Positions 53,786-64,000 of a stretch of 64,000 nt of DNA are shown piece by piece; the stretch's first letter is position 1, and each line of letters begins with the position of its first letter. Location: assembly GCA_963777355.1 (NCBI GenBank), contig CAVZQK010000020.1, forward strand, positions 1-64,000, written 5' to 3'. Both the position numbers and the translations under genes were made by a program. Source of the DNA: an uncultured Chloroflexia bacterium (GTDB taxonomy: Bacteria; Chloroflexota; Ktedonobacteria; Ktedonobacterales; Ktedonobacteraceae). The notes beneath the pieces were generated by a model. The model was not told where the DNA came from and made no database searches. It saw only the letters and a list, made by a program, of their open reading frames with translations.

Positions 53786-56476
53786 CTAAATACTCCGTTG
53801 CACCCAGACCTTGAAAATGGGTGCAGCGATGCGATAGCAGTTCCCACTACTCTCCACAAGATCACGCCTTTGGAGACGTTGCAAGGCACGGCGCATCGAG
53901 AGATCTGCCAGGCTTGATTGCGCCTGGATAGCGGCACCGTTGGCTGTATCCAGAACCAGCAGACTACGCAAACAGGCGCGTTGCTCTTCATCAGTCCGCT
54001 CCCAGAGATCGCGGAAATAGTTATCCTCCCATTTCTGAAACATCTCTTCAACCGCGTTAGTAATATCTGCCTCTTCCGCCTGCTCACGCATAGCTGTGTT
54101 TAGTCGCGTCACAATGATCGAGCAGACCGCCTGAATAAGAAAAGGATGACCACCCGTCTCTCGAATAATAGACGCTACAATCTGCTCAGAGAAGATAAGC
54201 TCTCCTGGGAAATTGGCAACAGGATGTGTAATCAAATGCCTGGCTTCCCCTGGCTGCAAAAAGCTGACTTTGAGCGTCTCCACATTGACAAAATAACCCG
54301 ACCAGTTGGCCCCCATCTCGCCCACTGATTTGACACCGCTGAAGAGCAGCGCAATGCGAGGCCGATTCTGAATCGTGCTACGCAACCAATCCAACAAAAG
54401 CACCAGATCGATATGGCCTTTATGTCCCGCCTCTTCCAGTTTCTCAAATTCATCAAATGTCAGCAGCAGGACACGCCCTTCCTTCTCCAACAATTGCTCA
54501 ATATCTTTCAACCAGCGCCCAAAACGATGATAGGCTACAGCCTCATTCTGCCGCTGATCCTCTCGCAACTGCTCATATTCCAATTTCTTGAGCAGCATCC
54601 CACGAGCCATGAGGAGATCATAGATTCCTTCAGCAATGGCGGCAAGCAGGGCGGCTGTGCTGGAAGCGATTCCCGTTGATTGTAGATCATAAAAGACGGG
54701 AAGATACTGCGAACCTAGCAGGTCCGGCAGTTGCTTGAGAATACTGCTTTTTCCCATTCTGCGCTCTCCAGAAAGAAAAAAAGTCGGACGGCGCGGACGC
54801 AAAAGCGCCTCACCCAACTGCTGGGCCACGTCTTTGCGCCCGACGAAGAGGGGATCACGCAGCTCAAGGACAAGACCAGGAACATAAGGATTGGTAATCG
54901 AACCAAAATCTTCGTTATCCCGGCTCACATTCTCCTGCTCATGCTTCGCCACTATACGCCAGCGCTGCATCAATTGTTCAAGACGGCGATTTAAACGCGC
55001 CTCCCGAAAGACTGTTGTTGAATAGATTCCCTGGAGATCTGTCAACATGTTTTCCAACGCTTCATAGCGGGCCTGGCGGTTTATACGTGAATAGTAACTG
55101 GCCGCATCCCGGCTGGCGTCTTCTATATGCCGAAACAGACGCGCAGCCTGCGGATTGAACAAGCGTACCTCGTGCGGTAACGTGACCTGGAGACGCTGAT
55201 GAGCATGGCTAATGTCCCGCAGGCCCTCACATAAACACAGATCACCCAGGGCAATCTCAAGCGCAGTCGCTAGCACGGCGATTCGTTGCTGCGGACGCTC
55301 ATGCAGAAGGAAATCAATTTCCCGCAACGCCAGCTCAACATTCTGATTAGCAGCTATCAAGAGGAGAGGACGAACATACGGCAAAGGCAAAAAGACGCAC
55401 TCATCCCAAAAGAGCGCACAATGGCGCAGATTATAAAAAATTCTCTCAGGATGTTTTTGACTGTCCAGGTAGACCTTGAGCATGGATGCTGCATTGAAGG
55501 GGTACAGCAACAGACGGTAATAGTTAGGAATGTAGCTGACCAGAAAGGCCAATCCTACAATCAATGTGTTGATCCAGCCAGCAGAGATTCCAGTCCATAG
55601 GTTGGCTTGCATTAAACCAACATCTCCAACAGACGAGCCAACCGAGAGACCAAAGGCTCCTGCTACGACAACCCCAATACGCGTGCTCGCCTCAATCACC
55701 TCGGTATGACTATTCACACTGCTCTGCACAATTGCGCCTACCAGACGAACAAGCAAAGCCGCAGTAAGACCACCAACGACCAGCCCCGCAATGCTACCAG
55801 TTATATTCGTCGAACTTCGTTGAACTTCCGGTCCACCAATGAGACCTACCAGCAAACCAGACCAATAGCCCCCAAATGTGCCCGTCAATAAACCAACCCC
55901 TATGCCTGTGAGGGTTCCAACTCCAGCCCCAAGCGTCATCCTCCCCAGACCACTCCGTCTTATTGCCTCTATATTATTAAATGTGAGACTTAAAAAACTG
56001 CCAAAAGAGAGACCAAATATCACACCGACAAGCGCATCATTCTGATTATTAATCGCAATTCCACTGGCCAGAGCTAATGCCAGTGCCGCAGCTACTCCAT
56101 ACACAACACTCAAAAGACTCCCAAAAACCCCACCTAGCAGGCAGCTAAGAAACGTTGCCCAGAGGCAATCAAAAGCAAAGAGCAAAACAGCAGGCTCAAA
56201 ACTCAATAGAGTATGAATAGGATAATATGGGCGAAAGGTTGCTGGCAAATAAAGATAGACTACGATACGCAGGAAGAGAGCAAGGGGATAGATAAACAAA
56301 AATAAAGGTATCATCAGACGCAGTGTCAGACGTAAGCGCCCGGCAATTGTCTCTCGTTCTACGTCTCTTTGAAAACTAGCCGGTTGAAAAAAACATCGTA
56401 GCAGCCAGATAGTCGGCTCAACAAACCAGGAATGCCAGAAGTTCTGCCGTAAGTTTATAAAAATAGGTATCCTCAA
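53786..56476 (-). CDS. large polytopic membrane protein with C-terminal Arch_ATPase/AAA P-loop NTPase and winged-helix domain
   Basis: N-terminal ~450 aa with ~10 Gly-zipper TM helices; C-terminal 'FVGRKDVAQQLGEALLRPRRPTFFLSGERRMGKSSIL' Walker A and 'LLLTFDEFE' Walker B; start overlaps upstream gene stop (ATGA). Confidence 0.7.
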   Translation of the reverse strand: MRIPIFINLRQNFWHSWFVEPTIWLLRCFFQPASFQRDVERETIAGRLRLTLRLMIPLFLFIYPLALFLRIVVYLYLPATFRPYYPIHTLLSFEPAVLLFAFDCLWATFLSCLLGGVFGSLLSVVYGVAAALALALASGIAINNQNDALVGVIFGLSFGSFLSLTFNNIEAIRRSGLGRMTLGAGVGTLTGIGVGLLTGTFGGYWSGLLVGLIGGPEVQRSSTNITGSIAGLVVGGLTAALLVRLVGAIVQSSVNSHTEVIEASTRIGVVVAGAFGLSVGSSVGDVGLMQANLWTGISAGWINTLIVGLAFLVSYIPNYYRLLLYPFNAASMLKVYLDSQKHPERIFYNLRHCALFWDECVFLPLPYVRPLLLIAANQNVELALREIDFLLHERPQQRIAVLATALEIALGDLCLCEGLRDISHAHQRLQVTLPHEVRLFNPQAARLFRHIEDASRDAASYYSRINRQARYEALENMLTDLQGIYSTTVFREARLNRRLEQLMQRWRIVAKHEQENVSRDNEDFGSITNPYVPGLVLELRDPLFVGRKDVAQQLGEALLRPRRPTFFLSGERRMGKSSILKQLPDLLGSQYLPVFYDLQSTGIASSTAALLAAIAEGIYDLLMARGMLLKKLEYEQLREDQRQNEAVAYHRFGRWLKDIEQLLEKEGRVLLLTFDEFEKLEEAGHKGHIDLVLLLDWLRSTIQNRPRIALLFSGVKSVGEMGANWSGYFVNVETLKVSFLQPGEARHLITHPVANFPGELIFSEQIVASIIRETGGHPFLIQAVCSIIVTRLNTAMREQAEEADITNAVEEMFQKWEDNYFRDLWERTDEEQRACLRSLLVLDTANGAAIQAQSSLADLSMRRALQRLQRRDLVESSGNCYRIAAPIFKVWVQRSI

Positions 56477-57546
56477 TAGACAACCTCACGATACAGCACT
56501 TCCAGACGCTGCTCAAATTGCTGCCAGAAGTGCTCACTTTCCTGAAGAGGCTCTTCGGTGAGGAGCTTCCCTACCAGTTGCAGACGCAGTGGCGGCCAGC
56601 GACCAGGACTTAACTCCCCATAACGCCAGAGGGCCTCTGTTTCACGCGCTCCAAATCCAGCTTGACTACTCTTCGCAAGAATAAATGCTTCTGCCTCCCG
56701 CTGTTGAAATGGCTCCAGCATAATTTGCTCAAAGATATTAAAAAAGCCGCTCGTCTCCATATCCTTTCCAATTATCGCACTAATTGGCTGTCGGCTAATA
56801 ACAATTAAAACGAGGCCAAAGATTTGCGTCATCGCACGCAGGCCGCGAAAAAAGTCGAGCGAAAACTCGCGTCGATTCCCCATACCTTCAAATTCATCAA
56901 TGCACAATACAGGCGTTTCCTGCTTCGCCTTCAGCAGCTTCAGCCCCTTTTCCAGACCTAAAAGACCTGTCGCCGGATTAGCCGGCAGACTCAGCGCCTC
57001 CAGGGCTTCACTGGCAAAACCGGTTACGGTCTGACAACTCGGCATTGTCGCATCCAGATAGCCAATATGGAAACGCCTACCAAACTCATGCTCAGCCATT
57101 AAACGCAGATAACTGGCCAGCCAGGTCTTGCCAATACGGCGCGGACCAATAATCGAGGTCGAGGCATGTCGATAGGTCCGATTGAGCAGGGTCTCCCGCT
57201 CACGCCTGCGTCCATAACATTCTTGAGGAGCCAGCAATGGCTCATTAAAAAAAAATAGCGTTTTCACATGTTGACGCGAATGCTCAACCACAGGCAAGCT
57301 TTCTTCTTTTGACTCTGGCTTTTGCCGTTTCTCCTCAACCAGGCCGAGTTCAGCAATGCTCATACCGTAAAGAATACTGAGTTTTCTCCGAAAATGTCGA
57401 CTGGGAAAGGTTATCCCACTCTCCCAACGACTAACCGTTACGCTTGTTGTGCCAAGCTTCTCCGCAAGTTCTTCTTGCGTCCAGCCCTGGCTTTCTCGTG
57501 CAAGACGCAAATATGCTTTAGGGAAAGCATCATCAGGCTTTCTCAC
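56473..57546 (-). CDS. XRE-family HTH fused to Arch_ATPase/AAA P-loop NTPase
   Basis: N-terminal 'LRLARESQGWTQEELAEKLGTTSVTVSRWESG' HTH_3; 'CYGRRRERETLLNRTYRHASTSIIGPRRIGKTWLASYL' Walker A; 'VLCIDEFE' Walker B. Confidence 0.7.
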   Translation of the reverse strand: MRKPDDAFPKAYLRLARESQGWTQEELAEKLGTTSVTVSRWESGITFPSRHFRRKLSILYGMSIAELGLVEEKRQKPESKEESLPVVEHSRQHVKTLFFFNEPLLAPQECYGRRRERETLLNRTYRHASTSIIGPRRIGKTWLASYLRLMAEHEFGRRFHIGYLDATMPSCQTVTGFASEALEALSLPANPATGLLGLEKGLKLLKAKQETPVLCIDEFEGMGNRREFSLDFFRGLRAMTQIFGLVLIVISRQPISAIIGKDMETSGFFNIFEQIMLEPFQQREAEAFILAKSSQAGFGARETEALWRYGELSPGRWPPLRLQLVGKLLTEEPLQESEHFWQQFEQRLEVLYREVVY

Positions 57547-57847
57547 AAAATAATCCCCCTTTAGAGTCAGTCTGACTTACAACGCTACACAAAAATAAAA
57601 CCTGACTTATCTCTAGCTTCTATCGGCAAATTTGATAAGGAATATATGAAGATGATATTATCATCATTTTATCATCCTGTTTCAATGTTGTATACTTATT
57701 GACGATTTTTCCTCAAAAATGCAAATATAGCCCCACCTTTCCTCCTATCCCACTCTCTTCATTCTTCAGGCAAGCGCTAATGATCTGGCTCTCTTGCACG
57801 GGTGATATACTAGTACCATGACCGTCCTCATTTGAACTGTGAGAATC

Positions 57848-57882
57848 CCGTAGGGCAGATCGGCTTGCCCGTCTCCTGCTCA
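57848..57882. repeat. dispersed copy of REP-like core CCGTAGGGCAGATCGGCTTGCCCGTCTCCTG (also at 26727-26766 and 26794-26833)
   Basis: 31/32 nt identity to the 26.7-kb copies; intergenic. Confidence 0.8.
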
Positions 57883-57998
57883 CTTATCACGCTCTCGCCG
57901 GATGTTGTCTCTCCTACAAAGGAAGGTGGTCACGGTACTAGAAAAGATATTTCGTACAAGGATTGTGTAGCAGCAATACGAAAAGATGGAGTATTTGG

Positions 57999-58773
57999 AT
58001 GACAGAATACCAGTATATCCTCGTCGAACGTGCTGAAAATGTTGGCATCGTGACGCTCAATCGCCCTAAAGAACTTAATGCTTTGAGTATGGCGCTGATA
58101 AAAGAGCTGGCCGACGCGCTGGAGGATTTTGATCGCGATGATGCGGTCCATTGTATTATTATCACGGGTTCAGGTGAAAAGGCGTTTGCCGCGGGAGCGG
58201 ATATCAAGGAGATGTCGGGAAAACTCCGATAGAGATGTTTATGGGCGACGGCGAGGCCTGGGGACGTATCCGCCGCCTCCATACACCCCTGATTGCCGCT
58301 GTGAATGGTTACGCTTTGGGCGGCGGCTGTGAACTCGCTCTGCATTGCGATATGATTGTGGCCTCAGAAAACGCTCGCTTTGGCCAGCCTGAAATACTCA
58401 TCGGCATAATTCCGGGCGCTGGTGGTACCCAAAGACTTGCCCGCGTCCTCGGTAAATATCGCACAATGGAGATGGTCCTCACAGGCGCACAGGTCACAGC
58501 CCAGGAACTCGCAAGCCTGGGACTCGTCAACCGCGTCGTCCCCAAAGGCGAACACCTGCACGAAGCCCTGAAACTTGCGCAAACAGTAGCGCCCAGGCCC
58601 CCCTCGCCGCCCGCATGGCCAAAGAGGCTGTCCTCGCCGCCTTTGAAACCTCCCTCGAAGAGGGACTGGAGGCCGAGCGCAAAAACTTCTTCCTGCTCTT
58701 CTCTACCGAAGATATGCGCGAAGGGATGCGAGCCTTTATCGAAAAACGCAAACCCGACTTCAAAGGCAAATAA
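57999..58773 (+). CDS. enoyl-CoA hydratase/isomerase (crotonase) with two frameshifts (~58225, ~58590)
   Basis: '[18 protein letters not shown]', '[50 protein letters not shown]', then '[17 protein letters not shown]' in third frame. Confidence 0.75.
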
Positions 58774-59222
58774 CCCTATCGTTTTCCTTCTCCCTCTTAG
58801 ACCCTTATATCGGTTATTGTCCGTAAAACGCGTATCGTTGTCAATCCCTAGCAAAATTCTTCTCTCTCTTAGGAACTCTCGAAGAATAAAATATCCGAGA
58901 GGCGATGGTGAACTGGCGTTTTGGAAGAAGACAAAGCTCATCTTTCAAAACGCATTTCTCTTGACACAGAATACTCTTTAGGGCTAAAATAAAGCACATT
59001 ACGCAAAGGAGGACTACTCTCATGAATACGACTTTTGCTTGCTTCGACCTTATGGAAGGTGTATTGGCTTAGTCAGAGGCGAAAATGATTCCCAGTTCTC
59101 CGGCTTTGCTCCCGTGAAAAGGCCGGTTTGCCACTGCTCTGTGCATGCTTCTCATGTACCTCTGTCTGCCACTCCTTCCCCTCAGCTTTGCTGTTCCACT
59201 TTTCTTGTGAAAAGGAGTGACT

Positions 59223-60131
59223 ATGCCCGTTTTTGTTTCTGGTCTTGATCTGAGTCGCCGTTTTTTCAAGGAGATTGTTCGCCCTCTCCTTGCAACAGCT
59301 TTTCCCGATTTGCACTACGCAGCCGCTCTGCTTGGCCCAGGGAGCGAGGTTCTCGGTTTTGATACAGAGATATCCGTTGATCACGATTGGGGACCGCGTC
59401 TGTTCATCTTCCTGCGCGAAGAAGACGCAGAACAAGGTGACGCTATTGGCAATCTGTTGAGCCAACAACTCCCAGAGAGATTCGCCGATTTTCCCGTCTC
59501 ACTCCCTGTTCCCATTGAACCAAGAACGCGTATCATGACCCGACCACTCGTTGGGCCGGTGAAACATCGCGTCATCCCGATTACCGTGCGCAATTTTGTG
59601 CGCGTCCAACTCGGCTATGATCTGACCCTGCCATTGGAGGCAGCAGACTGGCTCACGTTTCCGTCGCATGCTCTGGGCGAGTTGGTGGCGGGAGAGGTCT
59701 ATCACGACGATGTGGGCGACCTGACGGCATTACGCATGCGTTTTGCATGGTATCCCTATGATGTCTGGCTCTACATGCTCGCCTCTAGCTGGCAACGGAT
59801 TGGTCAAGAGGAGCATCTCATGCCGCGTGCTGGCAGCGTCGGAGATGAACTTGGCTCGGCTCTTATCGGCTCGCGCCTCGTGCGCGATATCATGAATCTG
59901 TGCTTTCTTATGGAGAAGCAATACGCTCCCTACCCGAAATGGTTTGGCACGGCCTTTCAGCGATTGCGCTGCGCACAGGAGGTAGGACCTCTCCTCTGGC
60001 GTACCCAGCAGGCGAGCACCTGGAAGGAACGCACTGAGGCTCTCGCCCGCTCCTATGAGGTGCTCGCTCGCCTACAGAACGAGTTACAGGTGAGTCGCCC
60101 CCTACCCACAACCGTCTTCTCTCTTTTATGA
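59223..60131 (+). CDS. hypothetical protein (DUF4037-like)
   Basis: 303-aa ORF; family assignment tentative. Confidence 0.35.
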   Translation: MPVFVSGLDLSRRFFKEIVRPLLATAFPDLHYAAALLGPGSEVLGFDTEISVDHDWGPRLFIFLREEDAEQGDAIGNLLSQQLPERFADFPVSLPVPIEPRTRIMTRPLVGPVKHRVIPITVRNFVRVQLGYDLTLPLEAADWLTFPSHALGELVAGEVYHDDVGDLTALRMRFAWYPYDVWLYMLASSWQRIGQEEHLMPRAGSVGDELGSALIGSRLVRDIMNLCFLMEKQYAPYPKWFGTAFQRLRCAQEVGPLLWRTQQASTWKERTEALARSYEVLARLQNELQVSRPLPTTVFSLL

Positions 60132-60525
60132 TCGTCCGTTCCCCGTCATTCACGGAGAAGTGTTTACTCAGGCTCTTGTCGAACAGATTACAGACCCAGC
60201 AGTACAACACATTGCAGCACAGCGGGTCATTGGGAACATCAATCAGTGGAGCGATAACACAGATATGGAAGGAGTTGAAAGAGAAAAACTCCGACAGCTC
60301 TATGCGTAACTGACGATAGACAGGGTGACGAACGTTTGAGCAAGGTTCAAACGCTCACCACCCTTTTCATCCTGACCAATAGAGCCATGCGAGTCATTGA
60401 GCTCAGAGAAGCCATCACTTGCATACTGCGAGGCTGAGCTTTTCTAGCAAATAGGCAGAGAGATCTTCCGCATTTACATAAACGCACGCTGGCTTCATCC
60501 TTGTTTCTTTGAGGACCAAATAGCA

Positions 60526-61320
60526 TTAACGGCCCATGCGGCTATCTCGCCAGCGTACCGCTCGTTTTACTGCCTCGAAATTCCAGGGCGCACCCATACC
60601 AACAATCAGATGCGTAAGACCTTGCCTCAGCAACACATCCCGTTGTTCATCGGTGGCATCAATATTGGTAGTGGTCGAGCGCTCGATTTCAGCGGGATTG
60701 CGTCCAACCTCTTTACACCAGTTATCAAGGACCTCCATTTTGTGCCGCAAGGTTCCCGGATCACCGAAGCCATGCCATATATCGGCATACTGAGCGGTCA
60801 GGCGCAGCGTCTTTTTCTCGCCGCCACCACCTATGAGTATCGGGATCTTGTGGAGTGGTCTCGGCACATCCGTCTCCCAGCGATGTTTGATGATTGGTAA
60901 GGCAGCATCTAACGCAGCCAGACGACTGCCAGGGGTGCCAAGATCGTAGTTATACTCTTCATAGTCACGCTCAAACCAGCCTGCACCAATACCCAGCATC
61001 GCCCGACCATTGCTGATATGGTCAAGTGTCTTCGCCATATCGGCGAGCAATGAGGGATTGCGGTACGTATTACACGTCACCAACGTGCCAATCTGAGCCC
61101 GCGAAGTGAGCGTCGCTATCGCGGTCAGCAGCGTCCACCCCTCGAAATGATTGCCCTGCGGATCTCCATAAAGCGGAAAGAAATGGTCCCAGTTCCAGAT
61201 AGTATCAACGCCGAGATCCTCAACGCGCCGTACAGCATCTGCATACTCTTGATAACTCACATGTTGCTGACGAAGTTGTACTCCAACGCGGATTGCGTGT
61301 GTTGTCTGTTGTTGTACCAT
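60526..61320 (-). CDS. LLM-class (luciferase-like) F420/flavin-dependent oxidoreductase
   Basis: 'IRVGVQL', 'GRAMLGIGAGW', 'IPILIGGGGEKKTLRLTAQYADIW' LLM motifs. Confidence 0.7.
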   Translation of the reverse strand: MVQQQTTHAIRVGVQLRQQHVSYQEYADAVRRVEDLGVDTIWNWDHFFPLYGDPQGNHFEGWTLLTAIATLTSRAQIGTLVTCNTYRNPSLLADMAKTLDHISNGRAMLGIGAGWFERDYEEYNYDLGTPGSRLAALDAALPIIKHRWETDVPRPLHKIPILIGGGGEKKTLRLTAQYADIWHGFGDPGTLRHKMEVLDNWCKEVGRNPAEIERSTTTNIDATDEQRDVLLRQGLTHLIVGMGAPWNFEAVKRAVRWRDSRMGR

Positions 61321-61635
61321 CAGTATCTACCTTTCATAATCAGCTAATCCTGTTTTGCTCTTCCTCTAATAGTTCAGGTACACGTATATTGCTTGCTCAT
61401 GCAAGCAATATATCATACGTAACCAGAATTTACAAGGCGTTGCTCAGGAGATTTCGTCGGAACCTGAATGTTGAGCAGAGCATGAGTGGACTATCTCAAA
61501 ACCGTTCGTTTCTTGCGACAACAAAGACATCTTCCTGCCACATCAGGGCCTCTTTGTGCTCTTGACACCAAAGAGGAGAAGCGCCACAATCTGCTCAGGC
61601 AGCTGATCATCAAGCGGTTGAGCGGTAGCAATCGT

Positions 61636-62178
61636 TCAAACCAGGATTGGTCCAATCGCAGCTTCCATCAAAAGACGCGCATCAATCTCCTCGGGAAGTT
61701 CACCACGGTCTTTTGCTCGCTGAATGAGCACTTCGGCGCTGTTGAAGCTATCTTCCCAATAGACCCGGCGCACCTCTGCTAGCTCCGGTTGCGGATAGTG
61801 ACCCACCACAATCTGGTCAACGACTTTTCCCATAGGGGTCTGGATGCGTGTGATAATCCCACGGAGCAACTCTAGCATATCGGTTTGCAAGGTTCCGGTA
61901 TCCGGTATGGGCGTCTCGGTGGCGCTGTAGTCTTGCAACGCCTCCGCCACAATGGCCGCTTTGGTTCCCCATCGGCGAAACAAGGTGACTTCGTTGACCC
62001 CAGCCACCGAGGCGATCTCTTTCGTCGTCATCGCCTCATAGCCGCGCTGACTCAACAGATCAAGCGTGGCCGCAAGCACTGCCGCTCGCAGGCCATCCCC
62101 TCGTTTCCCGACAGGTGCCTCGGAACGAGGGGATGGGGGCTTTTCTCTGGCTGATGGTTCATCTCTTCTTTTTTTCAT
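61636..62178 (-). CDS. TetR-family transcriptional regulator
   Basis: 'LDLLSQRGYEAMTTKEIASVAGVNEVTLFRRWGTKAAIV' TetR HTH. Confidence 0.8.
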   Translation of the reverse strand: MKKRRDEPSAREKPPSPRSEAPVGKRGDGLRAAVLAATLDLLSQRGYEAMTTKEIASVAGVNEVTLFRRWGTKAAIVAEALQDYSATETPIPDTGTLQTDMLELLRGIITRIQTPMGKVVDQIVVGHYPQPELAEVRRVYWEDSFNSAEVLIQRAKDRGELPEEIDARLLMEAAIGPILV

Positions 62179-62207
62179 TCTCAGAGTATACCAGGGGTTC
62201 TTTAAGG

Positions 62208-62272
62208 GAGCAAGTACCACTTGCATTCTCACAGAATGGCTGGTATACTATGAATGCAAGTACCACTTGCTC
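62208..62272. promoter_or_regulatory. two copies of palindromic box GCAAGTACCACTTGC (62210-62224, 62256-62270) in inverted arrangement in tetR/amidohydrolase divergent intergenic region: putative TetR operators
   Basis: read directly; classic TetR operator placement. Confidence 0.6.
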
Positions 62273-62294
62273 TCATCAAGGAAGGAGAAAACTG

Positions 62295-63294
62295 ATGAAG
62301 ATCATTACGCTGGAAGAGCATTTTGAAATAGCTGAAATCAAAAAAGCCGTGGCCAGGTTTCTTCCTGATTCCCGTGAACAATTCTATCAACCACCCACCA
62401 AGCAACTTGAAGATCTGGGGGTTCATCGTCTGGCAGAGATGGATGCCATGGGCATTGATGTCCAGGTCCTCTCTCATACCTCGTCGGGGATACCATCGAT
62501 CCCGGCAGCAGAGGCGGTTTCGCTGGCGCGAGAGATCAACGACCGGCTCGCGGCAGTCATTCGTACTCATCCTGACCGATTTGTGGGCCTTGCGACCCTG
62601 CCCACGCCTGATCCAGAAGCTGCCGCTGCCGAATTGGAGAGGTCGGTGAACACTCTGGGTTTCAGGGGCGCGATAATTCATGGACAGACCAATGGTCGTT
62701 TTCTGGACGATCCCGCGTTTCGCCCCATACTCGCAATGGCAGCCATACTTGATGTTCCCATTTACCTGCATCCTGCGCCCCCGCCCAAAGCTGTAGTGGA
62801 AGCCTACTATGCTGGCTTTGGGCCTGCCGTCAGTGGAAGCTTTGCCACCTTTGGGTGGGGGTGGCACCTGGATACCGGTATTCATGCGCTACGCATGGTT
62901 CTGGGAGGCGTCTTCGATCTTTATCCAGGTCTGCAAATCATTCTCGGTCACTGGGGAGAAATGATACCCTTCTACCTGGCTCGTTTTGCCGAGGCTCTCA
63001 CCCCGGCAGCCAGCCAGTTACAGCGGCCTGTGGCGGACTACTTCGTTCAGCAAATGTATGTCACTCCCAGCGGGATGTTTACGCTTCCCCCATTCTTGCT
63101 GGCCATGCAGGTAGTGGGAGCTGAGCGCATTCTGTATTCCGTTGATTATCCCTTTCACTTTCAGGAGGAGGCAAGCCAGAGCGTTTCTAGAGCATGCCCC
63201 AATCAGTCCTGCTGACAAAGAAAAAATTGCCCACAGCAACGTCGAAGGGCTGCTCAAACTTTCTTCGCTGTATCATAGCGATGTCGACAAATGA
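62295..63294 (+). CDS. amidohydrolase-2 family protein (ACMSD-like metal-dependent decarboxylase/hydrolase) with C-terminal frameshift (~63190)
   Basis: 'MKIITLEEHF', 'DAMGIDVQVLS', 'SVDYPFHF', then 'ADKEKIAHSNVEGLLKL' in next frame; GAAGGAG RBS. Confidence 0.7.
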
Positions 63295-63457
63295 CATCAC
63301 TATTTCGTCTTGCCTCTCTTTCCAAGAGAGTTCTTATAGGAGATTTTTCTATGCGTATCTTTGTTACTGGTGCGACCAGACACACCGGCACTTTCGTCGT
63401 AGCTGAGTCGCTTACTACTGGCCTTGATGAGGGCCGCTACTTTGAAGGGAAAGCGTC

Positions 63458-64000
63458 ATGAAACAGCAGCAACATCAGATAGAAACGATCGGCACTTCGC
63501 AGGTCGAGCGTGCTCTCGTTCTCAGCGGCGGCGGTCCGGTTGGATACGCCTGGATGGCGGGTCTGGTCGGAGGTCTGGCCGCTCATGATGTTGACCTTGA
63601 CCGTGCGGAGCTCATCGTTGGAACCTCCGCAGGTTCCATTGTCGGTGCCCAACTTGCTCTCGGTCTGGATGTCGCGGCCCTCTGGCCGAAACGAACCGGC
63701 ACTCCGAGCTAAACATCTACTTGTCCGCTGGCCCCGGACTCGGAAACCAGCTCGTCGAATGGGTCAACGCCGCCCACGCCGCAAATCCCGACGAGGCGCG
63801 AGCAGCAATCGGCCGCAAAGCATTGGCGGCAGCGACCATTGGTGAAGACGCCTTCGTGGCAATGTCAGGGTTCTCGGTGCTCGCAGGACGGGAATGGCCG
63901 CCAACGTTTCGCGCTACAGCGGTCAGCACGACCACCGGCCAACTGGTCACATGGTCCAGGAACTCCCACGTTGACCTTGCAAGAGCGCTCGCTGCGAGTT
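63458..64000 (+). CDS. patatin-like phospholipase (partial; runs off window; frameshift ~63700)
   Basis: 'LVLSGGGPVGYAWMAGL' oxyanion and 'GTSAGSIVGA' GxSxG motifs. Confidence 0.65.

Overview
The window is a 64 kb chromosomal segment (about 54% GC, genes on both strands) whose gene content points to a Chloroflexota/Ktedonobacteria-like or actinomycete-like soil bacterium. That attribution is inferred from content only (F420-type LLM oxidoreductase, MmyB-like regulator, OtsA, tandem RelA/SpoT paralogs).

Recognisable housekeeping and metabolic genes:
- Transcription and regulation: an RpoD-like sigma-70 factor, AraC, TetR, MmyB-like HTH, and a REC-ANTAR (PdtaR-like) response regulator.
- Core metabolism: enolase, a type I-beta DAHP synthase, OtsA, GalE, KdgK with a divergent Eda, two PfkB kinases, and a CoA-transferase A/B pair with XdhC.
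- Other enzymes: an aldo/keto reductase, a crotonase, an amidohydrolase, an SMP-30 lactonase, a LarA homolog, Tgt and an LplA-like ligase.
- Alarmone metabolism: two tandem long RelA/SpoT-homolog (RSH) (p)ppGpp enzymes.
- Cell envelope and membrane: a DedA protein, a GT39/ArnT-like glycosyltransferase, and a PSP1/YaaT protein.

Most notable non-routine content:
1. An intact IscB (OMEGA-type RNA-guided nuclease ancestor of Cas9) with a structured candidate omega-RNA region upstream, inserted between eda and kdgK.
2. A textbook-looking attenuator upstream of the DAHP synthase: a sigma-70 consensus promoter, a 20-codon leader peptide with the aromatic run F-Y-Y-W-F, a large hairpin and an intrinsic terminator.
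3. An overlapping two-gene module: an XRE-HTH protein fused to an Arch_ATPase/AAA domain, followed by an 896 aa polytopic membrane protein with a paralogous ATPase and winged-helix C-terminus.
4. A HipA-like kinase-domain protein overlapping a small DUF3037-like protein.
5. A Rad52/DdrA-like single-strand annealing protein carrying an (NG)5 hexanucleotide repeat.
6. A REP/MITE-like structured repeat family with copies at about 26.7 kb and 57.85 kb.
7. Tandem RSH paralogs, one with a degenerate HD hydrolase motif.

At least 15 single-base frameshifts interrupt otherwise well-conserved genes: araC, tgt (2), lplA (2), beta-mannosidase (3 or more), eda, crotonase (2), amidohydrolase, patatin, and a Pro/Thr-repeat protein (2). 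This pattern is more consistent with sequencing indel errors than with that many pseudogenes, though the GH2 beta-mannosidase and the transposase remnant look genuinely decayed. No rRNA, tRNA or CRISPR array was recognised.
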